This document shows positions 10,101 through 18,926 of a stretch of DNA of 47,346 bases, in pieces (within the stretch, counting starts at the first letter, position 1; every line of letters starts with the position of its first letter). The DNA lies in contig JAJRWM010000093.1 in NCBI GenBank assembly GCA_024276815.1, positions 1 through 47,346 of the forward strand, given 5' to 3'. Below the pieces are notes generated by a model. That model was not told the origin of the DNA, searched no databases, and was given only the letters and a program-made list of their open reading frames with translations. A program made the translations under genes and the position numbers. This DNA comes from a bacterium (lineage in GTDB: Bacteria > JACRDZ01 > JAJRWM01).

Positions 10101-11368
10101 GAGCTGATCGCGTTGGTTATCCTGGTGCCCGTGGCAGTCGTCACACCGGTTGAGGTCCCCCAGTAGATATTATAGGACGTCGCGCCGCTGACTGTGCCCC
10201 AACTGATGGTATTCGCTCCATCGCCGGCCGACGCGCTGACCGTGGCCGGAATGCCGGGCGCCGCAACATTTATGCTGTCGTAAAACGCGAAGGAAACGTT
10301 CCCGGCCGCGTCCTTGAACCAGGCGTCAACATACACCGTATCCCCGGCCGTGTAAGAACCGGTCAGGGTATAGGACACGCTGCCGCTGTAACTGGCGCTG
10401 GAAGTTACCGCCACCCAGCCGGAGTCACCAGCCGCCGGAGTTGCCGGAGTAGTTCCCGTATCTTCGGCCAGTAAGTAACCGGTCACCCCGACATTATCAG
10501 TAGCCGCCAGAGACAACGTCACGTCTGCCGAAGCGGTGCTCGTGGCGTTGCTGTCGATGCTGACCGTACCATTGGTCGGGGCAGTGGAATCGCCGCCCGC
10601 GGTAACCGAAAGGAAGTAATCCACATCACCGGTACCAGCCAACTCCGCAACGATATAGTAAGTACCTGAAGACGAGCAACTCCAACTGATATAGGCATTC
10701 AAGTTGGTACCGCTGTCATCATCATAGGCAATAGCGTTGGCAATATCACTACTTGAGTACAACGATAGGTAGGTGTCGGCGGTACCGGTTGTTGTTATCA
10801 CATAATCCGTTCCGGCTGAAGCGGTAAATGAAAACGCGTCCAAATCGCCCGCGACCTCGAAAGAGCCTGGGTAAGCCGAACCATCAAGCAGAGATATAGC
10901 CATAGCGGATCCGGTAGAGTCACCCTGATCCGGAGGGGTAACTGTAACCGCCGGCGGAGTCGCAGTTTGCCCGCCCACTACACTAACGCCGCTGATAGTC
11001 CCCTCATAGATGGTTTCGCCAGCGGAATTCAGCGCGGCTACAGATACCAAGCAAGTTCCCACCGGTACGCCGGTAATAGTGCCGCTGCCGGCCGAGGCGG
11101 CAAAAGTATTAACAATAGGCGTTGAAATATTCGTACCGGTAACGGTAATCCTCATGTTAGCTACTCCGGCTGGCGCCGCGTACATCACACGACCTTGTAT
11201 TCGTAAATCTCCGGGCCAGTGAACCTTCAGCGCGATAGCGCCATACCGGAGAGAATCATCCTTCGGCTTGCTGCCGGTATTACCCTGGGGAGTCGGAGCG
11301 CAGGAGACCAGGCTTAAAATCAATACAGAAACAATTGTCAGATTAAAGATTATTTTTTTCATATTCAT
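7172..11368 (-). CDS. Giant surface lipoprotein (1398 aa) with a pre-peptidase-C-like domain, FN3 and Ig-like modules, and two Kelch beta-propellers
   Basis: A lipobox LVSC follows the signal peptide. Other recognisable parts are GDLDAFSF..YDDDSG (PPC-like), SWGTVSGATSYNIYWG..TYYYIV (FN3) and DSTAPTV..SPASGATNV (Ig-like). There are about 14 Kelch blades of the type H[TS]ATLL.DG.VLV.GG...CELYDP..G.WS. Confidence 0.8.
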   Translation of the reverse strand: MNMKKIIFNLTIVSVLILSLVSCAPTPQGNTGSKPKDDSLRYGAIALKVHWPGDLRIQGRVMYAAPAGVANMRITVTGTNISTPIVNTFAASAGSGTITGVPVGTCLVSVAALNSAGETIYEGTISGVSVVGGQTATPPAVTVTPPDQGDSTGSAMAISLLDGSAYPGSFEVAGDLDAFSFTASAGTDYVITTTGTADTYLSLYSSSDIANAIAYDDDSGTNLNAYISWSCSSSGTYYIVAELAGTGDVDYFLSVTAGGDSTAPTNGTVSIDSNATSTASADVTLSLAATDNVGVTGYLLAEDTGTTPATPAAGDSGWVAVTSSASYSGSVSYTLTGSYTAGDTVYVDAWFKDAAGNVSFAFYDSINVAAPGIPATVSASAGDGANTISWGTVSGATSYNIYWGTSTGVTTATGTRITNAISSYNHSGLTNGTTYYYIVTATGSFGESAASSEVNATPAAGGDSTAPTVSARSPASGATNVAVNANVYFEIDDNLGGSGVDSGTISIYFDSTPVVVNGVPQSGFGGTLASDGTGGFDVTINPDADFTSGQVVNVSIDAKDVAGNAMSTVSYSFTCVAEAWSATSSMSIGRYAHTATLLTDGTVLVAGGGYYDDTLGWVYLSGCELYDPATGLWSATGSLSASRVGHTATLLTDGTVLVAGGGYYDGTLGWVYLSGCELYDPATGLWSAAGSMSTGRYYHTATLLTDGTVLVTGGYNSGGYLSGCELYDPATGLWSAAGSLSTVRYIHTATLLTDGTVLVTGGYNSSGNLSGCELYDPATGLWSATGSMSAVRRYHTATLLTDGTVLVTGGYNSSGDSSSGCELYDPATGLWSATGSLSASRVGHTATLLTDGTVLVSGGYGGGGYLSGCELYDPATGLWSATGSLSTARSDHTATLLTDGTILAAGGYNSVSYLSGCELYSYTIPADSTAPQVTYREPGNGDVGIATDSEIYFEISDPLTSGQGFYGVARNSLTVTVNGGNAILNGVFQSGYSGAIVPDSLGGFYVTVQNSSLFGSGSAVSVGVTASDQTSTPNTMTADSYSFTTSGVDTWGYKGAMSQNRTDFGLVTLDDGKALVVGGLYYTGSGYLTLAGCELYDPALGTWSSAASMNDIRRYPTATLLNDGQVLVVGGYDIINSLSLASCELYDPAADSWSATGSVATGRDVHTATKLDSGKVLVVGGYNDTSGSILNSCEVYDPALGTWSSTPLLSDARFYHTATRLGDGRVLVVGGQGVSGSLSGCEVYDPDTNSWSSTGSLNQARYGHAAVLLDNGKVLVAGGYDSATSSYLSSSELYDPGTGLWTLTTGSLITPRYALTSNRLNDGRVLVAGGYYYGTTDNYLSSCEIYDPGTDSWTAAPSLTDGGRELHSSVTLSDGSVLVTGGTSNGVNQWASTEVYQP
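8600..9640 (-). repeat. Seven near-identical tandem Kelch-blade repeats at DNA level (units of 144-159 bp)
   Basis: The anchor string GTAGCCGGATCATAAAGCTCACAACCGGA recurs at 8741, 8885, 9032, 9176, 9320 and 9479. The spacings are 144, 147, 144, 144 and 159 bp. Confidence 0.85.
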
Positions 11369-11369
11369 A

Positions 11370-12284
11370 TCACCAACTCACCGTTATACTTCCGGTACTC
11401 GGGGCGGGAGTGGTACCACCATCGCTGGAACCGCCGCCGCCACCGCCGCCGCTGGAACTGGAACTGGAACCGCCGGCCGCCGCCGCCGCGGCTCCACCGC
11501 CCAGCAGGAGAAGCCCCACTGTCCACCACAGGGCTTTATTGGGTTTCTTTTTATAAGCTGTTGGAGGTGATTCCGACCGTTCTTTTTTACGGGATTCCGC
11601 TTCCAGTATCCGCTTGGCCTCGGCTTTTTTGCGAGCTTTTTCTTCTGCTTTTTTTCTTTTGGCTTCAGCGGCTTTAAGCCTTTTTTCTTCTTTTTTCCGT
11701 TCAGCTTCGGCTTTTTTGCGGGCTTTTTCTTCCGCTTTTCTTTTCGCCTCAGCTTGCTTTTTAGCTTGGGCGTCTCTTTCCGCCCGGGCTTCCTCAACTT
11801 TCAGCAGTTTCAAGCCGGCGTCCTTAATCCGCTCAATCAAGACGTCTTCCTCGCAGGGACAGCTAAGACTGGTAGTGTTGATCGTATTAGCCATTTCCGC
11901 GCTGATCAGCCGCAAATTAATGACGTAGGTCTTGCCGACCTTACCGACGCTGCCGGTGATCATCATCTCGACGCCCAGAGCGCCGGCGATTTCAGCGATG
12001 CAGGCGTCGGTACTGCAATCGGGTTCGACCTGCTGTCTTTCCGCCATGTTTTCCATAATTCTTTTCATGTCTTCCTTCGTCAGCATTTCGAACATCCCGG
12101 TTTGGAAAATAGCGTCGCGTAGAACATCGCTCAGGATGGACACCATGCCGGCGCTCACTTCCTTGGCCGTAAGCTCGTAGACCGCGATGGTGATTTTTTC
12201 TTTGGCCCGGGCGGGTATAACCGGAAGATAAGTCGCCATCATAGCGGCGACTAAAAAGACAGAAATTGATTTTTTCGTTTTCAT
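11370..12284 (-). CDS. Exported protein with an LpoB/CsgG/FlgO-like N-terminal module, a Lys/Ala/Glu-rich repeat region, one TM helix and a Gly/Ser tail
   Basis: The signal peptide is MKTKKSISVFLVAAMMATYLPVIPARA. The module KITIAVYEL..LRDAIFQTGMFEML..GALGVEMMITGSVGKVGKTYVINLRLI follows. Then come (AEEKARKKAEA)n, WWTVGLLLLGG and S6G7. Its stop lies 1 nt before the Kelch gene ATG. Confidence 0.55.
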   Translation of the reverse strand: MKTKKSISVFLVAAMMATYLPVIPARAKEKITIAVYELTAKEVSAGMVSILSDVLRDAIFQTGMFEMLTKEDMKRIMENMAERQQVEPDCSTDACIAEIAGALGVEMMITGSVGKVGKTYVINLRLISAEMANTINTTSLSCPCEEDVLIERIKDAGLKLLKVEEARAERDAQAKKQAEAKRKAEEKARKKAEAERKKEEKRLKAAEAKRKKAEEKARKKAEAKRILEAESRKKERSESPPTAYKKKPNKALWWTVGLLLLGGGAAAAAAGGSSSSSSGGGGGGGSSDGGTTPAPSTGSITVSW

Positions 12285-12341
12285 GACAAGGCCTTTCCAA
12301 ATAGATTTTGGGATATTTAAACACTAAACAACTGAAAAAAT

Positions 12342-12370
12342 AGTATAATAAAATTTTCGCATTTTGTCAA
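12342..12370 (-). promoter_or_regulatory. Sigma-70 promoter for the 11370..12284 / Kelch operon
   Basis: The minus strand reads TTGACA-N17-TATACT, about 55 nt upstream of ATG 12284. Confidence 0.55.
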
Positions 12371-12510
12371 ACTTGGCAAACCCTCAAACCCCAAAACCAT
12401 TCGCTGGCGGGAGAGAAATCATTTTCAAGCCATATTAAGAGTTTGTCTGTTTATTTACCGCTTAATTTCACTGGTAACCCAAGTGAATAGATTATGATTT
12501 CAAAGTCAGC

Positions 12511-12545
12511 AAAAAAAACGCCCCAGGAAACCCCTGAGGCGTTTA
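12511..12545 (-). terminator. Rho-independent terminator after the PEP-CTERM gene
   Basis: The minus strand reads AACGCCTCAGG-ggttt-CCTGGGGCGTT followed by TTTTTTTT, about 30 nt after the stop at 12575. Confidence 0.7.
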
Positions 12546-12574
12546 ATTAACCTAAATATGTTTTCAGATTTCAA

Positions 12575-13396
12575 TTAGTCTTTTTTACGAAAACCGACTA
12601 AACCTAGAAGTCCGGAACCAAGGAGTAACATTGTGCCCGGCTCAGGAATGGAAGGATCAGTATCAGAGAAACTTCCGGCTTGCAGGAAAACGCCCGAATC
12701 CAGGATGTCATCGCCGCTATCGGCTATTTTCAGGTCAATATGATAGGTTTGGCCCGCGGTTAAACCGGTAATGCTGGTAGTCAGCATGGTGGTAAATCCG
12801 TCATATTCGAAAGCGTGTTCGCCATTTTCGTTAGCGTTGTAATAGGCGGTATTTACCAAGTGGTTAACCGTATCGACGCCAACCGCCGCGCCGCCTGGCA
12901 ACAAGGCGTAATTAGTGCCATTGACAAAGAAACCAAAGACATCATTAAAGCCCTTGTTAACATATTCGGTATACTCGTCGGAACCAAATACGTAATTAAA
13001 ATAGGCCGCGTCGCCATTGGTGGTAAAATCAAACCCCAGGACAGCCGCGTCATAGGTTGAAGCGCCGGCCAGCGCATCCAGTTGCGCGTCTCCCGGCATA
13101 TTATTAACGCCGGTGACACCCGTATCGGTATTAACGCTGGTAACGTTTGACACAAATCCCGACGTTAAAACAACCCCCTGATCAATAGCCAATCCTGAAG
13201 CGTTACCTCCCGTGAACGTACCGGCGGCAACGTTAGCGCCGGTGAAGGTAGCGTTAGTGATAGTGACGCCGGAGCCACCCAAAAGCTGCGCCAACTGGTT
13301 AGCCGAAGTCATCTGGGTCGTTATGATAGCGAAAGCGCCGGATGACAAAGCCAGTGTAGCGGTTAACGCTACAAATAAAACAAATAACTTTTTCAT
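12575..13396 (-). CDS. PEP-CTERM sorting-domain protein with a choice-of-anchor-L-like N-terminal domain
   Basis: It has a signal peptide. The C-terminus PEPGTMLLLGSGLLGLVGFRKKD is PEP, a TM helix and a basic tail. The body GDAQLD..FDF..YVFGSDEY..FNDVFGFFVNG..DSGDDILDSGVFL is typical of choice-of-anchor domains. Confidence 0.8.
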   Translation of the reverse strand: MKKLFVLFVALTATLALSSGAFAIITTQMTSANQLAQLLGGSGVTITNATFTGANVAAGTFTGGNASGLAIDQGVVLTSGFVSNVTSVNTDTGVTGVNNMPGDAQLDALAGASTYDAAVLGFDFTTNGDAAYFNYVFGSDEYTEYVNKGFNDVFGFFVNGTNYALLPGGAAVGVDTVNHLVNTAYYNANENGEHAFEYDGFTTMLTTSITGLTAGQTYHIDLKIADSGDDILDSGVFLQAGSFSDTDPSIPEPGTMLLLGSGLLGLVGFRKKD

Positions 13397-13533
13397 TTCC
13401 TCTCCTTTCTGAATGTTTGTTTCTATCTTTAAAGACCTCTTAATAAATCCGGTTCAAACGAACAAGAATTTCACACTTCTACCTCCACTTGTCCGCCAGC
13501 CGGTTAGGAGATCGTTACCCCCGCCTACACACC

Positions 13534-13550
13534 TGCAAACAGCGTGCCAA
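13534..13550 (-). promoter_or_regulatory. Sigma-54 (-24/-12) promoter upstream of the PEP-CTERM gene
   Basis: The minus strand reads T-TGGCAC-GCTGT-TTGCA, a full match to TGGCAC-N5-TTGCW with correct GG/GC spacing. It lies ~140 nt upstream of ATG 13396. Confidence 0.75.
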
Positions 13551-13738
13551 CCTCGGAGATTTCTTGAAAGTTATTTGTATTTCATCCCACCCCCTTTAAA
13601 ATACAGTTCTCAAAGCTATTATTCTTTATATTTTCCCCCAGGTTAATGGATGGCTGGGCGTATCTTTGGGAACTTTTTTACCCATATTGGGAATTTTATT
13701 ACTTAATCCTGACCAGGATGCTGTGATTATAACCTCTG

Positions 13739-14731
13739 TTAACTTGTAAGTTTGTCCCGGGGATGGAATTTATGGATAACAGCATGCTGGCGGGCGGTGG
13801 AAACCTTGGTGTAAATTTGAGTAGTCGCTATGTTGGTATGGCCGAGAATTTCCTGAACCGCCCGGATATCGGCGCCGTTGTCCAGAAGACAGGTCGCCAT
13901 GGTGTGACGCAAAGCGTGCGGCGTAAAGGGCTTGTCAATACCCACCATTACTAAAAACTTCTTGAAGTTGCGCTCCACGCTCCTGGTCGTGATCCTTTTA
14001 CCGAAGCGATTCAAAAACACCGCTTTTTCCTGAGAGACTATCTCGCATCGTTTTCGGTAATATCGTTCGAGATAGAATCTGGTTTTTTTCTGGTTGAAGG
14101 AAATCACCCTTTCCTTGTTCCCCTTCCCCCTTACTTTTATCAGGCAGTTCGCGATATCAATATCATCAATATCCAGACCGCAAAGTTCCGAGATACGGGT
14201 GCCGGTGGCAAACATCAGTTCCAGCATGGCCTTATCCCGGACAGCAGCCCCAATGCCCCGCTCAATTTTTTTGGTGTTATCGGAAATCTTTAATTTTTCT
14301 TCCAAACTTTTCCGCAACAGTTCCGGCGCCTGCAAAAGCGCGGTAATTTCTTCAGGATTAAGAACTTTGGGAGTGTGGCGCGGCGTTTTGAAATTGCGGG
14401 CGATCCGTTGTATGGGGCTTTTTTCCAACTTGCCCTCACTCAGCGCAAAATTAAAAAACGAACGCAAGGAAGCGATCCGCCTCTTGATGGTAGACGCCTC
14501 CAAACCACTATCCCGCATATATGAAAGGTATTTTCTGATCGTGTCAGGATTGATTTCGAGAAATAGCGATTCCGTTTTCAGCCAGGCTTGAAAAAGTTCC
14601 AGATCGTAACGGTATGATGAAATAGTATGAGGTGAAGCGTTTTGCTCCACCTTAAGCATTAACAAGTATTCAGGAACCGCTCGCGACAAGTCCATTACTG
14701 ATACCAAATCCCTTTTATCGCCAAGCTCCAC
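13739..14731 (-). CDS. Tyrosine site-specific recombinase, XerC/XerD family
   Basis: The N-terminal SAM-like domain has [15 protein letters not shown]. The catalytic residues sit in [18 protein letters not shown] and [15 protein letters not shown]. Confidence 0.85.
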   Translation of the reverse strand: MELGDKRDLVSVMDLSRAVPEYLLMLKVEQNASPHTISSYRYDLELFQAWLKTESLFLEINPDTIRKYLSYMRDSGLEASTIKRRIASLRSFFNFALSEGKLEKSPIQRIARNFKTPRHTPKVLNPEEITALLQAPELLRKSLEEKLKISDNTKKIERGIGAAVRDKAMLELMFATGTRISELCGLDIDDIDIANCLIKVRGKGNKERVISFNQKKTRFYLERYYRKRCEIVSQEKAVFLNRFGKRITTRSVERNFKKFLVMVGIDKPFTPHALRHTMATCLLDNGADIRAVQEILGHTNIATTQIYTKVSTARQHAVIHKFHPRDKLTS

Positions 14732-14757
14732 TTAAGCGAGCAACAGTTCGCGGACGA

Positions 14758-14789
14758 GAATAAAAGTGCCGGGACAGGACACAGTCCCG
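14758..14789 (-). terminator. Possible terminator after pilT
   Basis: The minus strand reads CGGGAC-tgtgtcct-GTCCCG followed by GCACTTTTATT. The stem is short and the U-tract is weak. Confidence 0.35.
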
Positions 14790-14817
14790 CGAAAGCTATT
14801 TGAGCAGACATATCCTG

Positions 14818-15981
14818 CTAGCTTATGCGTTCGATGTCAAGGTCGTCCAGGGACTTTTCCCCGGATTCCCCGCTGCCATAGAGGCTTTCCGGCTTAACCT
14901 CGCTCGAATCACTGATTACGCCAGTTTGTTTCAAAGCGAAATCATCGGGATTGGAAGCGTAGGCAACCGCTTCCTCGTAGGAAATCTCGCCCTGGGTATA
15001 ATACTTCTGCAGAAGCTGATCGAAGGTCTGCATCCCGTACTGCATCGAGCCTTCCTTGATCGCCGTAGGTATTTCGATTGTCCGGTTCGGATCAACGATC
15101 AGCTTGCGGATATACTCGGTCGCCAGCATTATCTCGCATAACGGCAAACGGCCGGAGCCGTCACTCCTGGGTATCAGGCGCATGGAAATGATTCCCTGCA
15201 AGACTGCCGCCAATTGCCGCCTGACCTGGGTTTGCTGATGAGGCGGAAAGAAGTGAATGATACGGTTAATGGTTTCGGTCGCGTCAATAGTATGCAGGGT
15301 GCTTAAAACCAAGTGGCCGGTTTCGGCGGCGCTGAGAGCGGCTTCAATGGTTTCCAAGTCCCGCATCTCGCCAATCAAAATGACATCAGGATCTTCACGC
15401 AGAACATAACGAAGAGCCGAACCAAATGATTTGGTGTCAATGCCGACTTCACGCTGATTTACCAGAGACTTTTTATCTCGGTGCAAAAACTCGATCGGAT
15501 CCTCAATCGTGAGGATATGGCATTGTTTGTTGCTGTTGATATAATCAACCATGACGGAAAGGGTGGTCGACTTGCCGCTCCCGGCGGTTCCGGTAACCAG
15601 TATCAACCCGCGTTGCTGCATCGCCAGTTTCTGCAACTGCTCCGGGGGCAGGTTCAAATCCTCAAAACTCTTGATGCTGCTGGCGATCATTCGCATGACA
15701 ATGCCAACCGAACCCCGCTGGCGGAAAATATTGGCCCGGAAACGGGACAACCCGGCGACACTGTAAGCGAAATCGATGTCACTTTCTTCCTCGAACTTCC
15801 GCCGCTGTTGTTCTGTCATCATGCTGCTGGCGATGGTCTCTGTGATCTCAGGAGTCAGAATGCCCTCGCCCGCCGGCACCAAACGGCCATTCAAGCGGAA
15901 CATAGGCGGGCTACCGACTTTCAAGTGGATATCCGACGCATTTCTCTCCACCATCATTTGCAGAAGTTCGCTCATCTTCAT
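14818..15981 (-). CDS. pilT: Type IV pilus retraction ATPase PilT (twitching motility)
   Basis: Family signatures are ASDIHLKVGSPPMFRLNG, Walker A GSGKSTTL, the Asp box ILTIEDPIEF, Walker B VILIGEMRD and the His box LVLSTLHT. There is a C-terminal extension of ~40 aa. Confidence 0.85.
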   Translation of the reverse strand: MKMSELLQMMVERNASDIHLKVGSPPMFRLNGRLVPAGEGILTPEITETIASSMMTEQQRRKFEEESDIDFAYSVAGLSRFRANIFRQRGSVGIVMRMIASSIKSFEDLNLPPEQLQKLAMQQRGLILVTGTAGSGKSTTLSVMVDYINSNKQCHILTIEDPIEFLHRDKKSLVNQREVGIDTKSFGSALRYVLREDPDVILIGEMRDLETIEAALSAAETGHLVLSTLHTIDATETINRIIHFFPPHQQTQVRRQLAAVLQGIISMRLIPRSDGSGRLPLCEIMLATEYIRKLIVDPNRTIEIPTAIKEGSMQYGMQTFDQLLQKYYTQGEISYEEAVAYASNPDDFALKQTGVISDSSEVKPESLYGSGESGEKSLDDLDIERIS

Positions 15982-16202
15982 AAGTTTGTAGCCTCCCTAA
16001 AGCGCTTAATGTTCAGATGTAAGGCAAAACAAAAACCCTGGAAACCCTACTGTCCACCGAAGACAATTGGGTGAAGCAACATGTTTCTTTCCGGCCCCTG
16101 CCCCCGACCTATCGTGCGGGCAGTTAAAGCGCTGAAAACTTTAACCTGGAGAAACCTGATAGTCAGAACGTTAAATGCGCTAATGAACCGCAAATTAACT
16201 AT

Positions 16203-16231
16203 ATGATATACAATATTTTTAATATTTGCAA
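16203..16231 (-). promoter_or_regulatory. Candidate sigma-70 promoter for pilT, implying a ~215-nt leader
   Basis: The minus strand reads TTGCAA-N17-TATCAT, immediately downstream of the mltG stop. Confidence 0.4.
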
Positions 16232-16239
16232 AGATACTT

Positions 16240-17247
16240 TTATTTTTTTTCCTTATTTCCGTTTCGTATTCTTCTTTTCGCCCGGTTATGTTCCGCGAAT
16301 GTTTTGGAAAAATAATGACTCCCGTCATTCCGGGCGACAAAATAATAGTATTCGCCGTCGCTCGGATTTAGCACGGCTTCGATTGATTTTGCCCCGGGAT
16401 TGCTGATCGGGCCCGGCGGCAACCCCGGATGAAGATAGGTATTGAAGGGAGAATCAACTTTTAAGTCCTCGTTGGTTAACTGGGCGATATGAAAACCCAG
16501 GGCGTAAATTATCGTGGCGCAGGACTCAAGGCGCATCTTTTTTTCCAGGCGGTTAATAAAAACCCGGGCGATAAGGGGTCGCTCAAAATCTTTTTTAGCT
16601 TCTTTTTCCACAATGGACGCCAGGGTAATTAGCTCGTCACGGTCCCACCCCTGCCGCTCCGCCCGATCTTTGAAGCGGGCATCGTAGACCTCGAAAAAAC
16701 GGTCCAGAAGAGTCGCCATTATTTTGCCGGTTGACATGCCCTTGTTAAAAAAATAGGTGTCGGGATAAAGGTAGCCCTCAACGGTTTCATTGGGAATGTT
16801 ATATTTCCGGAGTAACTGAGGCGACTGTCCCAGCTCGATAAATTCCTCATAGTTCACCAGGCTGTCGCTGGCCAGGATCGCGGCGACTTCATTAAAATCA
16901 AGGCCTTCGGGTAAGGTTACCGGGTATATTTTAACCTGCCCCTTTTCCAGGATATTGATAATCTCAAGTGAACTCATACGGGTATCGAACTCATACTCGC
17001 CGGCCTTTAATTTTTTCGCCAAACCTTTCAGGCGCAAAACCATTTTGAAGAGCAAGGGAGACTTGAGGAGATTGCGGTCCGAGAGCAAGGTGATTATCCG
17101 CTCCGCCGACATACCCGACTCGATGTTGAGGTCAATTTTAAAGGAATAGGCTTGGGCCGGGGAATTCAGGGTTTGGTATGCTTTCAATCCGGTTAAAACA
17201 ACCGTTAAAGCAAGGAAAAAAAGCAGAATGATTTTTGGGCGACTCAA
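16240..17247 (-). CDS. mltG: Endolytic murein transglycosylase MltG (YceG family)
   Basis: It has an N-terminal TM anchor. Family signatures are ASIVEKEA, SCATIIYAL, SPFNTYLHPGLPPGPISNPG and YYYFVA..GSHYFS. The start is TTG. Confidence 0.9.
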   Translation of the reverse strand: MSRPKIILLFFLALTVVLTGLKAYQTLNSPAQAYSFKIDLNIESGMSAERIITLLSDRNLLKSPLLFKMVLRLKGLAKKLKAGEYEFDTRMSSLEIINILEKGQVKIYPVTLPEGLDFNEVAAILASDSLVNYEEFIELGQSPQLLRKYNIPNETVEGYLYPDTYFFNKGMSTGKIMATLLDRFFEVYDARFKDRAERQGWDRDELITLASIVEKEAKKDFERPLIARVFINRLEKKMRLESCATIIYALGFHIAQLTNEDLKVDSPFNTYLHPGLPPGPISNPGAKSIEAVLNPSDGEYYYFVARNDGSHYFSKTFAEHNRAKRRIRNGNKEKK

Positions 17248-17290
17248 ATATTAACCGCCTTCTGTTTTGGGATTATCAGAAATCGGGAAA

Positions 17291-17710
17291 TTAGTTTTTA
17301 TTCTGAAATCCCAGATAATCCAGGTAATTTTGTAAAATCAAGGACGCGGCGATTTTGTCGATTACTTTTTTTCTTTTACCGCGCGAGACGTCCGAGGCGA
17401 TCAGCATTCGCTCGGCCTCAGCGGTGGTCAACCTTTCATCCCATTCGATGATCGGTATTTTCACCACTTTCTCCAGTTCTTCCTTGAACAGGTAAACTTT
17501 CCCGGTCTGGAGACTGGCCTCACCGTTCAGTTTCAGCGGGATGCCGATAACAACTTTACTGACTTCATACTCTTCAATTACTTTTCCGATTTCCTCCAGC
17601 TCCGAGCCGTTACAATGAATTACTTTCAACCCCTGGGCTGTCCAGCCCATCTCGTCGCTCATAGCGACGCCAATGCGCCTGGTGCCGACATCCAATCCTA
17701 AAATACGCAC
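17291..17710 (-). CDS. ruvX: Holliday-junction-resolvase-like nuclease RuvX/YqgF
   Basis: The sequence reads ILGLDVGTRRIGVAMSD..VVIGIPL..WDERLTTAEAER. The start is GTG. Confidence 0.9.
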   Translation of the reverse strand: MRILGLDVGTRRIGVAMSDEMGWTAQGLKVIHCNGSELEEIGKVIEEYEVSKVVIGIPLKLNGEASLQTGKVYLFKEELEKVVKIPIIEWDERLTTAEAERMLIASDVSRGKRKKVIDKIAASLILQNYLDYLGFQNKN

Positions 17711-17896
17711 AAAATTTCCTAACGATTACCAAGACTTAATTCCCGGTACAAGGGTACCTCTTTTCCTTACCAATGTCAACCTTGGGCCGGGGGTCATTTC
17801 TGTTTCGTCTATCCTGACAATATGGTGGTTATTAATCGTGATTTCCCATGTTATAATAATCAGGACGGTAAATCACCGGATAATTGTTGAGTAAAA

Positions 17897-18715
17897 ATGA
17901 ATATAATTAATGTCAAAATAAATGAAAAAAATTGTCAGATCGCAAACGGTAAAAAACTGGCCGAAATAATCGCCGAGTTTAAACCTGATGCCAACCTGTT
18001 TATTGTTAACGGTTTCCCGCAAACCCCCGATTACCAGATTTACGAGGGCGATTTGATTGTCCTGATAAAAAAAGGCGAGGTCCCATCCTCTGACGAGATG
18101 GCCGCCTTGCTGGCTGCCCGTCAGACGCCGGGAGTCACGGAACAATTAAGACAAAGCGTGGTCGGGATTGCCGGCGTCGGCGGCTTGGGTTCCAATGTGG
18201 CCATGAGCCTGGCGCGCTGCGGGGTCGGCGAACTGATCCTGGTCGATTATGATGTTGTCGAGCCTTCCAACCTCAACCGGCAGGCCTACTTCGTGGAGCA
18301 AATCGGACAGCCCAAGGTTTTAGCCATGCGGGATATTTTATTAAAATGCAATCCCTATGTTAAAATAACAGTTCACCTGGCTGTGCTGTCCCCGCCTTTG
18401 GTCGAGACTATTTTTAATCGGGCCGATGTCGTGGTGGAAGCCTTTGACGTACCTGAAACCAAGGCGATGCTTTTGAACAGTATGCGTAAATTTTTACCCA
18501 ATAAACCGGGTGTTTTCGCTTCCGGATTGGCCGGCGACGGAGTGGCGTCACTAATAACGACCAGGAAAGTCTACCATAATATTTACCTGGTGGGCGACAG
18601 CGTTTCGGAAGCGGCGCCCAACATCGGCTTGATGGCCCCGCGGGTAACGCTGGCGGCCGGTATGCAGGCCAATGCCGTGTTGCGTATCTTACAGGGTAAG
18701 GATGTGGTGGAATAA
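17897..18715 (+). CDS. thiF: ThiS adenylyltransferase ThiF (family 2) with an extra N-terminal ThiS-like beta-grasp domain
   Basis: The E1-like core has GIAGVGGLGSNVAMSLARCGVGELILVDYDVVEPSNLNRQ. It is preceded by ~65 aa (INVKINEK..IVNGF..GDLIVLIKKGE) that resemble ThiS but lack a terminal GG. Confidence 0.8.
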   Translation: MNIINVKINEKNCQIANGKKLAEIIAEFKPDANLFIVNGFPQTPDYQIYEGDLIVLIKKGEVPSSDEMAALLAARQTPGVTEQLRQSVVGIAGVGGLGSNVAMSLARCGVGELILVDYDVVEPSNLNRQAYFVEQIGQPKVLAMRDILLKCNPYVKITVHLAVLSPPLVETIFNRADVVVEAFDVPETKAMLLNSMRKFLPNKPGVFASGLAGDGVASLITTRKVYHNIYLVGDSVSEAAPNIGLMAPRVTLAAGMQANAVLRILQGKDVVE

Positions 18716-18918
18716 TGCGAATCAGAATAAATGGGGAAAACCGGGAAATCCCTTCCGCAATCAACCTGCTGCATTTGCTGGAAAAAGAGTTAAAACTTGA
18801 GCCGTTGCGGGTAGCCGTGGAATTAAACCGGTTGATCGTCAGCCGGGAAGATTATAAAAAAACAATTGTTAATGAGAACGATGAACTGGAAATAGTTCAT
18901 TTTGTCGGAGGGGGTTAA
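18715..18918 (+). CDS. thiS: Sulfur-carrier protein ThiS
   Basis: It is 67 aa, reads [22 protein letters not shown], and ends in the C-terminal GG. Its start overlaps the thiF stop (TAATG). Confidence 0.9.
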   Translation: MRIRINGENREIPSAINLLHLLEKELKLEPLRVAVELNRLIVSREDYKKTIVNENDELEIVHFVGGG

Positions 18919-18926
18919 TTACAGCG

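Noticed and set aside
11384-11797. A 137-aa Lys-rich ORF in an alternative frame of the 11370..12284 gene.
   Set aside because: It is a frame artefact of the GAA/AAG/GCN-rich repeat region. The annotated frame has a signal peptide, a folded domain and coupling to the next gene.
15982-16202. A c-di-GMP (GEMM) riboswitch in the long pilT leader.
   Set aside because: I could find no ACGCACAGGGCAAACC or GGACGCAAAGCC-type conserved cores, only generic GC-rich hairpins.
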